Shown here: positions 15,501 to 30,307 of the stretch, in pieces
Layout: every line of letters starts with the position of its first letter
Position numbering within the stretch: position 1 is the first letter of the stretch
Origin: Priapulus caudatus
Taxonomy: Eukaryota
Assembly (NCBI RefSeq): GCF_000485595.1
Contig: NW_014577062.1
Location: forward strand, 515,512 to 579,511
Length of the DNA stretch: 64,000 nt
Direction: 5' to 3'
The notes under the pieces: model-generated
Told to the model about the DNA's origin: nothing
The model's input: only the letters and a program-made list of their open reading frames with translations
The model's database searches: none
Position numbers and translations under genes: made by a program

Positions 15501-18500
15501 GGAATTGTTTTAGTGCTTGCAATTGCTTATTGTTGTTTGATTCGTCTGAAGCCAGTTCCACTGCCATGAGGCACATTGGAGGTTGCTTGTCTTCCCCAAA
15601 GAATGGTGAGTTAGCGAGACTAGCAAAAGCATCTCGCCACTTAGCACCACCCACATAGCCTAGGGGCGGTCAGCCCCTAGAGTGATTTCACCAGAGTGGC
15701 GCACACAACCTTCAAGGTTGTTACACCAAATCGTTAATTCATCGAATAGGTTTTTCTCTCATATAGGGCATAATCACAGGCAGGTGTCGCCATTGCACTG
15801 CATGCCATATATATGGGCCGGTCAATGGTTGCGAGAGCAATAAAATTGTCACGTTCGCCAGTCTAACAGCCACGTGAATTGAATTGCATGACTACATTAG
15901 CAATGAAACAATGAGCATGACACGCACATCTATTACTCATCGTTATGGCGATGAGAACACAGAACAGCCCTCACCCCACCTCTAGAGAACTCATTTGTCG
16001 ACACACGTTCACTGTTGTTTGGCACAAAATGGCGCGTTGTGCGCTGCATACGATATCCCAAACACTCTCATTGTGTTGAACATGTTACTATTCCATATTG
16101 TTGAGTTGTTCCTAGTCATAGTTTATCGCTTTTAGTTAGGTCATACTAATTGAGCAGAGAATCCTACTGAATGCTTGGCAGTTATGTAATAATTTCTCAT
16201 CGCATACGAGCACATTGCGAATTGATCATAGCGAAAATAGATTTTACTTCGGGGCATCCTGTTGCCAGTTAAACCGGGCAAATGTATACCGAACGTGTGC
16301 GAGCCAGCTAGAAACTCGTGCATAATTTCTCTACCGCGAGAGAAGCAATATAAATCATCGTGTCACATGCTAAGTGGGTCATCACGGCTTCTTCACACTT
16401 AGTCCTGTGTCGTTTATGTATAACTTGTCGGCAGTTTTATATGTGTACGCTTATATATATATGTATTTAACTCATTAAATTAACTGAGATTAAAATATCA
16501 AAAACTAACCATGCTGAGCCATCAGTCGTGTATGTAGGATTACCTTCCAACACGGAACGCGCGAACGGTCATGAACTCCCATTACAATGTACACGTATAT
16601 AAGCAGGCGAGTGGCGACACAAAAATAATGGTATTTTTTTTCTCAGCCAATCATAGGGCAGCGGTGGGAGAGTATGACAAAATATAACATGATTAATGAT
16701 AGACACTAAAGACCATTTGTGTCCCACCTCGCCGCCATCACGTATCGCACTTTACTATACTGTTACACACACAAACGCACGCACACGCATGCTACACGTA
16801 CGCACTTACATATACATGTACACACACAAACACACGCACGCAGCTCGCGAAGTACAGCTGTTTGATCAAAAAAAAAAAGATGCAGCGAATTATCTAAACG
16901 CAAATTTCGAAAAAAATCAACTTATTTTAATTTGTTCGAGGAATAGTAACTAAGCGTTCTAGTTTAATTATTCGACACGTCATCTTTTCGGTTTGGTTCA
17001 GAGAAGTTCTTGCCGTGAGAATGAGTACACTTGCAGATTGCGCGATGGCAGAAGAGGCGGCGGCTGCTGATTTCAAACCTTCGGCAACATAGACCCTCCA
17101 CAGAGTGCAGATTTGTCCGCGCCGTACGCAGGAAGGCAGAACGCCTAAGAATCCAAACGGAGGAAATGCCTTTAATTTGTACGTAATCCCTGATGCCACA
17201 TGTTCAAGCGCGTGCATTACATTTCGGACAGAGAAAATGTTCTGTTAAATTACAATTTGAGTTGCCACAGTTGATATGCGTGAATTTAGCAAGTTTGATA
17301 CATGTAGTATCGATTCTCTGGAATCTACGCACTCATACATTACATGCGATTTTACCCCCTTGGATATCTTGAGCCTTTGGCTTATCAAGCACAATTAGAA
17401 AAAAGGTCTTGTAACGACCAGTACGACTAAAACCTGCACTGAAATACACAGCATTCGGTGTTACAACAGGTAACGTAGGCATTGTTTGACATGACTATCT
17501 TAACTTCGTATATCGTGTTTCTATTTGCTATAGTATAGATAGAACACGTATGTTTCTGCTTTTCTAGTAAATAACAAGAAGGATAACAACAATAAAGGAT
17601 ACTGCCATCGCTATTAGAGAATAAAAAGCCACCAGGTGGCGACACGCGCTGACGAGTTGAGCAGGTTTGTAAGTCATTACACAAAACTTGCTTCCAGTTG
17701 TCGATTATTGATTATTTATTATTATTACTCTAAATTTATGCGGAATACCGTTCCGTCTCTGCCATGATATCCTTAAGCGTCATACAGTATACGTTTGCCC
17801 ATACTGATAAGTATTTATGCGGAGTTTCTATTTTCTCCGTTAGTCTCGATCAGTATTTCCTGTAGACAGTGTTATTGGATACGTTATATTCTATACGTCC
17901 GACTGGCTTATTTCCCAAACATCATTGATCAGTCACAGTCATGCGAATCGATGCGCCGTCGTATCACGTACAGCGTTCTAGATCTCATTAGTGAAATGAA
18001 ATTAATCATCTGTGTAGTGTGTGATGATTACACACCTGCCTTTCGACGGTGCATTCTCAATAAGCGTGTGACTGGTTGGTTATTCGCGTACACACATACT
18101 CACGCAAGCCACACACGCACACACCACAGACCACGCACGCGCACACACGACACACACACTACCACACACACACAACAACACACACATCACTTTATTCATC
18201 GCAATACGCAGCACGCACACTCACACACACACACACACACACAACACAAACAATCATAATCAAAACAACCACAAACAAACAAAACCAAACAAACACCGCA
18301 ACGCCACGGCACACACAACAAACAAAACAAACACTGCAACTCGCCAAGCGCACACAACTAATTACATAACAACAACACGCCGCATCGCACGCAACACACA
18401 ACACACACGACACACACTACAGCGACACATCTACACCACAACACACACACACACACACTCTCTCGCCTCTCTCTTCATCTCTCTTCTACTCTCTCTACTC

Positions 18501-18606
18501 TTCTCGCATCTCTCTTTCACTCTCAGGTTTACTCTCCTCACCTTCGACTCTCTCATGTACCTCTCTGCTCTCTCTTCGTCCTGTGACTCTCTCTCTTTCT
18601 CTCTCT

Positions 18607-18639
<33 letters not shown>

Positions 18640-19469
18640 ATCTCTCTTCTCTCTAGCTCTCTTTATTTCTCTGATCTCCAAGAATCAACCTTATTAGTGT
18701 CCTTGGCCGAGTGTAATGTAATTTTCCTTCAACGGGAATTTCGCCCGAGCGACTGCTAGCTTTATCTGTAGCTAACTCCCTGGATAGTGGAATGCTTCTA
18801 GCCTTTCCATGAAATGATATTCGATTTCTGTCGTTTCGTGACCGGTCGCGTGCAGAGATGGAGGAAGGCAAGTCCGCCCCCGCCGACGATGACCAACCGT
18901 TCGGACCGAAACCGATGCTGCCTTACACATCGTTCTTCATCGTGTCTGATTTAACCCTCTCGCCAACGAACCCGTGAGTACACACGCACATGCATCGCTT
19001 CGGCCCTCATCATAATTACAAGGGCGCTATGTAGCTAATTCGCGCGATCCCTTTACATCAAAGAGTGCATAATATAGACTATGTAGACTTTATAGACTAT
19101 ATACACTATAAACTCTAGGATATATCGACTAAAATCACTAAATAGATTATAGACTATATAGACTATATAGACTGAAATAGAATTTAACAAGCACTATATT
19201 GTGAATTGAGTCTTGCATATGTTTGTTTACGTCTTATGCTCGATTGCAGTCGCTACGACAATGTATTATATACTATATCGTTTTGCGTGACACCTGTAGT
19301 TATACGCGAAGACCACCAGCTCAAATGTACAAGCACATATGAATAACGCTGCTAATAGCCTAGTTTATCACAGTTATAAGAGCCTAGTTATAAGAGCCTA
19401 GTTTATCACACGCGTTAGCTTGACTGCTATTCTGCCACNNNNNNNNNNNNNNNNNNNNNNNNNATATAT

Positions 19470-19502
<33 letters not shown>

Positions 19503-19621
19503 TATAATATATATGATGGTGTGTATGTATCTTCGCGCGCGTGTGTGTGTGCGCGCGCGTGCTGTGGTGCGTGTAGCGTGTGCCGTGCGCGCGCGTGGTG
19601 TTGTGTGTGATGTGTGTATGT

Positions 19622-19658
<37 letters not shown>

Positions 19659-19671
19659 TTGTGCCTGTGTG

Positions 19672-19714
<43 letters not shown>

Positions 19715-21874
19715 AGCTGGCTCGTCCCGTGCGTGTGCCGTCGTGCGTGTGCTGTGTGCGTGTGGTCGCTGCGTGTTGCGTATGGCGTGCATCAGTGCGT
19801 GATGCGTGTGCGTGTGCGTGTGCGTATGCGTGTGCATGTGCGCTGTGGTGTGCCGCGTGTGTGTAGCGCGTGATTCGAGCACGCGTGTTGTTTGACATTA
19901 TTTTTGCTGTTGGTTATAAGCTGTTTTGTTCATGTCCGTCGGTCTGAATGATCTGTACTCCCTCGTTAACCGTCATTGCATCGCGCCGCGATTCGTGTTC
20001 CCTGCTGTTCGATCACCGCCCGTGCGTCTTTTCTTCCAGACACTTTGTTACATCGTGAGCAGACGACGTGATATTCGTGGGCATGCCTCGTCGTGCTCTA
20101 TACACTCACTGATTCAACACCTCGACGTTCCAGCGTTGTTTTGCTGTACGTTGTTCCGCGCTCAGCGCAGGATGTGCTCTCGCAGAAGAATCAAGAACAT
20201 CAAGCCGCAGAGCAGCGGCGATACTGACGAAGTGGATGCCTTCACGAATCTCCAAATTGGTGAGGCGAAGAAGCGCCCAAATTTGCCTTGTGTTTAATTG
20301 GTCTAATAGACGGTAATATTATTCACGGGATTTTGACTCCGACGGCTAAGGGTCCTGCATCGTTCTAGGGCCCAAGATATCTTTACACTGTTTGGCTTGC
20401 TCGCTGATGCAGTTTAGGCACTTGTTAAAAGAAATATTTCGGAATTTACAATGAAAGGAAATAGGAATTATAATTAAGTTTAGATTAAGATAAGATTAAA
20501 GTTATTAGAGGCTAGGACGACTCTTAATAAACCCCCCCCCCCACCCCCTTATCGCCAGAAAACACTGCCATTCACTATGCGATTTACGTGGGGTTGGAGA
20601 TTGTTTTCTATATTGCGCATGCGTAGCCAAACCCCAATCAACATGTGCCTAATGCACATTCCTCGCGCTCACGCACATGCAGTAATCGCCTTACTGCGGC
20701 CGCCGAATAATGTGCCCCACCAGGCCTCCCATGCCTCATCGCCTGGTTGCGCCATGGCAACCAGCTTTTACGTGTTGAGCGTTTATTGCCCATTTACGAC
20801 AGTCATTCATAGCTTTGAGATGCGCGCTGGGGAATTCGCATGTCTTTTACAGCTTTGTACGTAATATTTGACGCAAGCCACAGATGTTAGCAGCCATGGG
20901 CACGGATATGCCGCATGCGTGCTTGTGATTCTACTTCGGACGCGTTCATCAACACATAACTCAGCCCGGTGTTTTTCATCATCAAACTATCCCTGGCCCA
21001 GCCTAGGCGCGTGCTATATCGGAGCGTATAGACACAAAATACTCTCAATCGCGTGCAGAAAAGTATAGAGTTATAAAATGCGCGTAAAATGCTCAGAAGT
21101 ATAGTCAGATCCCCTCACAAAGAGGTTGCTATCATGCTGTACTGGACAAATAGTTACGCGTAGATACAATCTATCATCTGATCTCTTTCTTTCTAGTCTA
21201 TCAGAATATCTAGTCTATCTATTCTATCTATCTAATCTATTTAGCTAGCTATCTAATCTATCTAGCTAGTCTACTCTATCTAGTCGTATCTATCTTATCT
21301 ATTTATCGTAGCTATGATATATCTATCGAATATCTAACTCTAGTGCGGTAATCTATCATATTCTAGTCTATTCTAATCTATCTATTCTATCTGAATCTCT
21401 CTATCTATCTAGTCTATCTATCCTGATCTTCTATTGTGAGTGAATAGTATATCTATTCTTATCTGAGTCTATCTATCTATCTATTTTATCTATTTATCTA
21501 GAAATCTGATCTTATCCTTATATATCCATTCATCCATCCATCCATCATCCATCCATCCATCCATCCATCCATCCATCCATTCCACTTCGTATCCATCCAT
21601 CCACTCATCCATCCATCCATCCCAATCACATGAGATCCATCCATCCATCCATTCCATCCATCCATCCATCCATCCATTCATCGCATCCATCCATCCATCC
21701 ATTCCCATTCATCCATCCATCCATCCTATCCATCATCAATCTATCTATCTAAAAAAATTTCCGTAATTGTCCTATCATTCTATCTATACTATCTATCTAT
21801 CTATCTATCTATCTAATCTATCTATCTATCTATCTATCTATCTTATCTATCTATCTATATATCTATCATATCTA

Positions 21875-21956
<82 letters not shown>

Positions 21957-21992
21957 ATATCTATCTATCTTATCGTATGCTATCTACTCTAC

Positions 21993-22024
<32 letters not shown>

Positions 22025-22970
22025 GTCTATCGTATCTATCGATCTATCTACTCTATCTACTCTATCTTATCCTTATCTATCTATCTATCTATCTATCTCT
22101 ATCTATCTATCGTATACTATATATAAAGTGCTAGACTATAGCTATTTATCCATCTAAGAATAACTAATTATCTATCTCTCTCTAACGATGATGAAATATA
22201 ATAAGAAAAGTGAATATGTGAGTATATACTAATAAGATAATATAGAAGTATATAAAATACATATATATATATAGAAAGGAGAATTAATAGCGTGTCTGTC
22301 ACGTGATGTGTTAAGTAGCCGCACCGATCACTCTCTCGCTTGCCGCGCTGCGCCATGATAGCATGCGGAGAATCGTCTATAGCTAGTTAAAAAATTAATG
22401 GTAAATTGATCCTGACCATGCTTGAATCTCATGGAGTGTTAATGTTTCGCTAATGCCTCCTGTATCATCAAGTCACTATTTTCTGTTCATCTGCCAGCAT
22501 ATAAATGTGGCTCATTGTCTTTATTACAATAATTAGTTTTGTGAAATTGTAACTACCTGTGTTGCCAAATATCGTGGCTAAGTCGAATTGATATTTATAA
22601 TTGCAGTCGCCGCCTTGCGTTCTGAATAAGAATTTTAGTTGTGAGTATACAAATTTAAATTTTATTTTGCTCATGAATTAATAAGCTGCTATAGAGCTTC
22701 GCTACACTAATAGTGCAAGACTTCAGTAGTGTTATATGAATGAAAACAGGACATACACCAACACGTATGCTACTCAAGCAAATATATACAACATGCAACA
22801 ACATAACACCACTTCTTTCTCGTTCTCTCTCTCTCGTCTCTCTCTCTCTTACTCTCTTCTCTTTCTTTTTCTTCTCTCTCTCTCTCTCTCTTGGGCTCTC
22901 TCTCTCTCTCTCGTCTCGCTCTCTCTCTCTCTCTCTCTAATAACGTTTCTCTCTCTCGTCTCTCGTTCTT

Positions 22971-23003
<33 letters not shown>

Positions 23004-23163
23004 TCTTTCTCTCTCTCTCTCTCTCGTCTCTCTCTCAATCTTCTCTCTCGTCTCCTCTCTATCTCTCTCTACTGCTTAAAATACTCTTCGTTCATTTCGT
23101 GCATACTGCATATCTCTCTCTCTCTCTCTCTCGTGCTCTCTCTCTCTTTCTCTCTCTTTCTCT

Positions 23164-23216
<53 letters not shown>

Positions 23217-25282
23217 AGTGGTCTGCTACTCTCTCTCTCTCTCTCTCGCCCCTTCTCTCTTTCTTCCTTCTCTCTCTTGGATCGAGGGTCGAAGTGGAAA
23301 TGCAATGAGCGAGAGAGAACGAATGTACCGAGAGCACATAACGTAAGATACGTAGATTACATAAAATTTTAGAAGACCCAGTCAATAATAAGCTGGCGTT
23401 TTGAACTGAATCATTCAGACCTGCAGGTAGAGGAAGGCTTGATGAAACGGCCTACTTTTCCAGTTAATTATGATTGTTATACAGACTTCTAATGTCGTTC
23501 TGCGCCCAGCCTACCACGTTGGCCAGCTCGGTGATCTAATACATAGCATATCCAGTATCTGCGTGCAAACGCTTGAGTTCTGCGCGTTTGTTTTATAACG
23601 CTAGTAGAAGTGTCTCTACTTTACTTCCGTTATCCAATCACTATTTCATTCGTTGATTTAAACATCGTAATTTCGGGGTGCGATTTGTTCCCGCAGGCGA
23701 TTCGCATCGCTAAGTATGAAATCGATTTTGGTGAGCACGGAATAATTAGATCCGATTTACTCGGCGACTCTGTGACTGCTGCACTTTAATGGGATGCGGA
23801 ACGCTATTTGCGTGAATAACTTCTCGCCTAAGTTCCGCGGGTGAGGATGGGACGGTGAGCCTGCTCCTTCGTTAGTTGGCCCAACCACTGTGAGGAGGGG
23901 GTACGGAGCGTAGCATCCAGAAACCGCCGCAGAATGGCAAATACGAGTCGTTCAAGCGATCCGAGAGGGCAGAAGAAAGCGATTCGCCTACTTTATTCGA
24001 AGCATCGGAAGTCAGAAGAGTCAGCCGTTCTACTGGGTGGTGATAGTGCTAGTCTTTCTGAACGCGGACTCGAAAATGTGCACGACCGGTAAACAACTAA
24101 AGATGATGTCAGCCCAGGTGGTCGATAGTTATCTTCGCGCGTGGGTCACGGGTGAGGCGGGTCCGGGGTCTGCGCGCGGGCAACTGTCGGGCTCGCCCAT
24201 CCCCGTCATTTGGGGCGCTAGATTCTCTGTTATCGCGCTTCTGCGGTGATTTAACAGCGTGATGCACACGAAGCCAGGAGGGATGCACTGTGGATCCTAA
24301 CATTAATTTGTACGGAGTATGGGGTGGGTGGGGCCTGATCATTGCAGGGGTGGCGGCGATCACGTGCGCCACAGCTGTTGAACCTCCAACAATAGGCGGA
24401 GATACGTTGGTGCGCTGGCGGCGGTTGGTATCTCATACGGCCCACTATGAATCTGTACACATAATTATTTGTAGGCAAAGACAACGCCATTAAATGCAAT
24501 CCAATAGGATTTAATTTAGGATAGATACTGGAGATAGAATAATAGCGTTTATTATATATTGAATATAGTAATATAGTATATTATGTATTATAATATTAGT
24601 ATATAGCGTACGCCTGTCTAGTTTTATTCGTAAGTACCTCCGCCAGCACGGCCTTGGCGCGAGTTATGGTTTATCACCGAACTGTGTTGTTTTGGAATGG
24701 TATCGCCGTTTTGTGCCGGTTTGTGGGTTTGCTAGTCGCGTTTGCTGTCGCCGTTTGTGTACGATTCGGGCTGATGGAGCTGATTAGACCCGCCACGCCG
24801 CGCGCCGCGGAACCGCCCTGTAATCGAGTACAGGTATAAGCCTAAAGCTGAAAAAGTTGATGGACGCGTGGAGATTGTCATAAATTTTCAGGATTACGAA
24901 ATCCAGAAATGGCAAAGATAAAAGCAATAACTTAAGAATTGAGGATGTTTGAGATGTTGGTGGTAGGATCCGATACTCAATTATTCATAATCATAAATAA
25001 CATTCATCATTAAAAAATAAAATTTTTCAGATAAAAAGTCAGAAATGTGAAAAAGGTAGAACTCGTAGAAAATAATGAATTAACATATTAATGGTCCATA
25101 TGTATCAACTGGACTCCAAAAAAAATTAAATTATTATGAATGTAAATAATTAATTAGAGTTGAATAATTTTTTCCAAAAGAAACGGAATGTAAAATTAAT
25201 TGAGTTAATTAATAATAAACAAAAAAATTCACATTTGAGAGAATTTCAAGACAATGCCTTTAAGCGCGAGCAGGTCTAGTGG

Positions 25283-25330
<48 letters not shown>

Positions 25331-28300
25331 ATATATCGTACAGGTGCACCGCATTATTGTCTCGGTGTATTGTCTGGATATGAATGTGGTTACAAGACTA
25401 CGAAGTCGGCAGACGATTATTGCGCTATGAAGCTCACGTGCTATAAGCGGGAGATCTGTATGTCTAAGACATGCTGAGGCATCATTGATTAAAAGGAGAG
25501 TTAACTCTAGGTTCTAGGGTTATTTTCAGCTAATTTATGTTATAATTACGCTACATAAAAAGTTTCATGGTTTAATCACCATTAGAAATATTTTTTTTAT
25601 GTTTTAAAACTAACGACTACAGTTTGATTACAACGACGGTGGCGCCACTCAAAGCGCACGATCTGATAAGTTGCGCAAAACCACTTTCCAGCCAAGGGCT
25701 ACAGACCGAGGGTGTTTCTTATTTATTCATTTAAAAGCAAAAGGATTGTAATATCTTATAAACGACATATAGTTTCAGTTATAATATGGATAAATTTGGC
25801 CTAAAATGAATATCGTTCGGTTAAATAGCATTTAGGTATAGGGCCTAAATATAATTGCACTTTTGTGATTAGCCCTCGGTCTGTAACGTGCAAAATAAAT
25901 TGTCAAATACGTAACTTTTTCAGGGTGGCAGCACGTTCGCGGGTGTCATGGCGCCGTTCAAATTTCGTAGCGTTGATGTGTAATTAATTATAACAATTAA
26001 ATTAGGTATCTGGTAACAAATACGTGTGGGTATAGACAAATTGTTATGCAGTAAGTACAGTTGTATGCAGTAAAATCCTAGAGGCTACTGTCCCTTTAAT
26101 CACTCATTCATCCTCCTCACTCACTACGCCTTATAATGATGTACATTTTTCCCGCTGCTCAGACAGTTACACTATGACTTATACAGTTACACTAGACGGT
26201 GAGATTATGTCGATTTCGGCTTTACTTTATAAGGGGTTACGATTGTATGTATGGGCGCTAGCAAGCGTTTGACAACCTGCGATCGGCTTAGGGCGATAGA
26301 GCCAAACTACCTATATATCCTATAGACATATAAGCCCTGGTTTACTGTAGGATTTGACAGTCGATAAATGTCATAAATATTCTATCGTAAATCTTCTCTA
26401 AGCTGATTGTGGTCAGCTGGGTAGTAGCTCCAAGAAACGGTATTGCTAGGGTTAGAATACCGATATAGACAATCCGTCGCACAGCCTGGTCGGGCTAGCT
26501 GGGTAGGTGATCTAGTGATGGGAATGTAGGTTGGCATGTACAACAGATATGCATTTCCCAAAGTAGACATTGAGTTTCCAATAGAAGACATTTATTTAAA
26601 AACGTTCGTACTCATTAGCATGTTGATAGCGAATAAATACATATTATTTACATCAAATGTAGTAACAACACCATATTAGCACTACATATGGCTATTAATG
26701 AGCAGTAACTAGGAGATAACTAATTACTGCTGCTCTCTTTGACTAATTAAAAATCTTTAGGTATCCTAAATATATCTGCTAAATATAATGATTAAGCAGG
26801 TTTGGTATCATATAGACATTATGTAAACAATACATGAGCAATGCTGGTTATAATGTATGCTCCAGTTATATAATGTAGGCTACCCTTTATCAAGGGAGTC
26901 AAAACTATGCAGGCATCGCTATAATGCATGGTTTCACTGAAGCTATAGGGGTGGCGGCTTTGGTCACAAGCTTGCGCGAGCAGTAAAATATAATCAACTT
27001 CTTTTTATATAAAAATTTCTAGCAGAACACCAAGTTTAAAAAAATAGGTATAAAAATATATCCGTAAAGCGCATGTGGGTACAATAGGTGTATTCCGATG
27101 TGTTTGGTGAACGGTGATCTAGGCTTTGCCTGCTGGGATGTCCACCCACGGGTAAGCAGCCGGACAGTCGGCACAGGTCTGGAAGAACCTGTCGCCTTGA
27201 TTCTCCTCGTCGTTGGGTTCGTGGGTGATGTTATGGTACCCACAACAGGTGAGGGTCTCGCAAGTGGGGTGCGGTCGGCGTACCGTTACAGCGAACACAT
27301 CGATCTACGATTGAAGATTGACCCGGTTTCGGATCCACTGCAAGCCCTGACTCGTAGGTGACTCAGTAAACATCCGTTGTTCTCCTGAATTTCGTCCAGA
27401 AACTCTGCAGAGCCTCCAATATTGATACCCCATTCAAAACACCTGTTAAAGAACAGTCGATAGATAAGTACGATCATTCACTGTGAAAATTCATAGCGTC
27501 CACGTAACTGAAAACTTTGTGAGGCCGTCATAACAATAACTAAACCATCGTGCAGCTTCCAACAAATCATTCCTGTTAGTGATAATAAGCTTCCCATAAT
27601 GGCAATATCCTGACGCTATAAACAACCTGCGCGCAGATTGAGAGGAATCGGCAGCCTTATTGGTGTGTATGCGCGCGGAATTTCTCCTATAGCTCAATAG
27701 CCTCTATCCTACTATATCAACGGGAAATAGCAGCTGATCGTACGTGCGCACAGAGTGTCGTTGGTGTTCAGCCAGTTCACAAGCGGAATTATAACCACCG
27801 TAGCGAGGTAGACCACGCTGGCGTATTGAATCAGTTATAATTAATTTTGGTTTGGAATCATCTAGATTCGCTCTCCGTTATCCGACATGACCTTCAGACC
27901 AGCGATGTGTAAAGATGAAAACGAGAGCGTCTGTCATTCGCCCAAATTTATCTGCCAGCAATAGTTGATGTTAAAATTTACCCATATTCTACTACTTGGT
28001 GTTTTGCGTCTGCGTCATTCTCTCATTGCTCGTTGATTTTTCAAAATCGGGTAACTGCAAAGACAGCTAGTCTGTAATCATATTGATTGTACTCAGCGCC
28101 TGGGGCGTTACTTTCACATCGGTTCATGTCTTCCGCGTTGCCTGCATTGTTTAATTGACGCATCAGCAGGTACATTGTCCTCGCGGCAGGCTGCTCTGGA
28201 ATGCTATATCTGTCGGTATGATTACCTGGTCATCATCTAAGTGGAGCTATAATCTATCGGGCAGTATCATCGAGATCATCTTTGTAATTGTGAAAGCCAT

Positions 28301-30041
28301 TAGTGCACACACTGTTACTCTGTTCGTAGGGGGTTGTTTCTCTAGATAAGACAGACGTGAGGAAGGCCACCCAGTTAGCGAAAGGGTTTATTCGTGGTTT
28401 GTTGGTGATTGTGAATGTAAAACGATGATGGATTATAATATATATATATATATACTATATAATATTATTATAATATATAATATAAGTAAGATCTATAATT
28501 CACCTAACAACCGTGTGAGGATTAGAGCAGAGTGATTTTTGCTGTGAGATGATTAGGTTAAAGCGTGTAAGCCAACTAACTAAAAACTACATGAACGCAC
28601 GTGAACGGTAGACATCTGTATGCATATGTTAATCAATAATATCCAGAGCATCCCCTTCTACACTAGAACTAGGTTGTTGTATACGAGAGAAATATGAATA
28701 TACGATACATACATACACACACGCCTCACGCACCACCGCACACACCAACACACAACACACACACACACACACACACACAACACACGACACACATCACACA
28801 CACACACACACACAACACTATATATATATTATATATATATATTATATATAATATATATAGAATTATGATATTATATAATATAATATAATTATATAATGTA
28901 TCAACCTATGATATATATATATATAGTATAATATATATATAATAACATATGCCGCAATAATACCATGAGTTGTTTCGCACGGTTCTATTATAAATACTTT
29001 CATATGACACCGAATATCATCGATGTGTCATGTTTATCCATATTAAGTTAGACACGTTATGACATATATGAGAAGTTGCATGATGTTTGTCTCGTGTATC
29101 AGGCATATTCAATTTAAGCGTAGAGCACAACGTTCTATAATATATTTAGCCCTATGCTCACTTCAAGGAAAACGACAGAAATGTCTTTCATAGACAGGTG
29201 TTTCTTCTACAAAGTTTGTTTTTAACGATATAACTACCACTCATTGGTAAACACTGAAAGTGTCGTTTGTATGCATGTACCTGTTCTATAGCGGTACTCA
29301 CAGGATAAAGCCTATAATGATGCCGATCGGTGGCGCCACTTGACATCTGCTACAAATATCCTACGTGCCTTACAATTATTTCCCAAATGCTTGTGACGAA
29401 GCAACGTACGTAGACGAGCCCTTTATGTGTATTCATTCAGTCCCTCGGCTTATTTAGCGTCAGGGATTATAACTGCATGGGAACCTACAATATTTGTTAT
29501 CGCATAGAATCTAAATTTTACTTCATATTTCGATAATATTTTTTCCCATGTGAAAGCATTAATTTTACTTTCGCACACATTTGCTCGTAAACTCATTCCA
29601 CGTTCTTTTTTATTTTGGCACCAGCGTATCTATTCGAGTTCCCACCGTGGTGGGCAATATCAACACGAGTTTAGACTAAAAGTTAAATGAGTCACTACAG
29701 TTTTTAATGAGTTACTATTAGCCGATAAAAGCGATGCAATCGGTCAGCCAAAGAGAGCGCCTTCATCACGATCATTCGTTACAAAAAATTTATGTGTGTT
29801 GATATTATTACGTAACGATAGTTGGTGTGATAATATGCGGCAGGTATTCGTCAAACGTGAGCTAGGTATTGGTAGTGGACACGGAAAGCGGGACACGGGA
29901 TACCGGACAGGTGGAATTATTCGCTAGTACCTATATAACGATGTAAAAAGCGTTGAGTCAGTTTGGGTTAAAGATTAGCCGAACAAACTATTATGTACGT
30001 TTTCATAGGATGAAGAAAGTTCATCGCTCATTGTAATTAAA

Positions 30042-30083
<42 letters not shown>

Positions 30084-30264
30084 CGAGCGAGCGTATAATG
30101 ACAATACGCTGTCATTATATAATAATATTATATATATATAATATATAATTTAAATATAATTTAATTAATAATATAATATAATTTAATATAAATATATATA
30201 ATAATATATATTAATTATATTATTATATTATAATAACAAATAACGTTGTCATTATACGCTCCTG

Positions 30265-30307
<43 letters not shown>

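Noticed and set aside
16468..20900. Duplicated Cav2 linker exons as mutually exclusive alternative exons
   Set aside because: Introns and exons are equally riddled with small indels, which fits raw long-read error rather than selected alternative exons.
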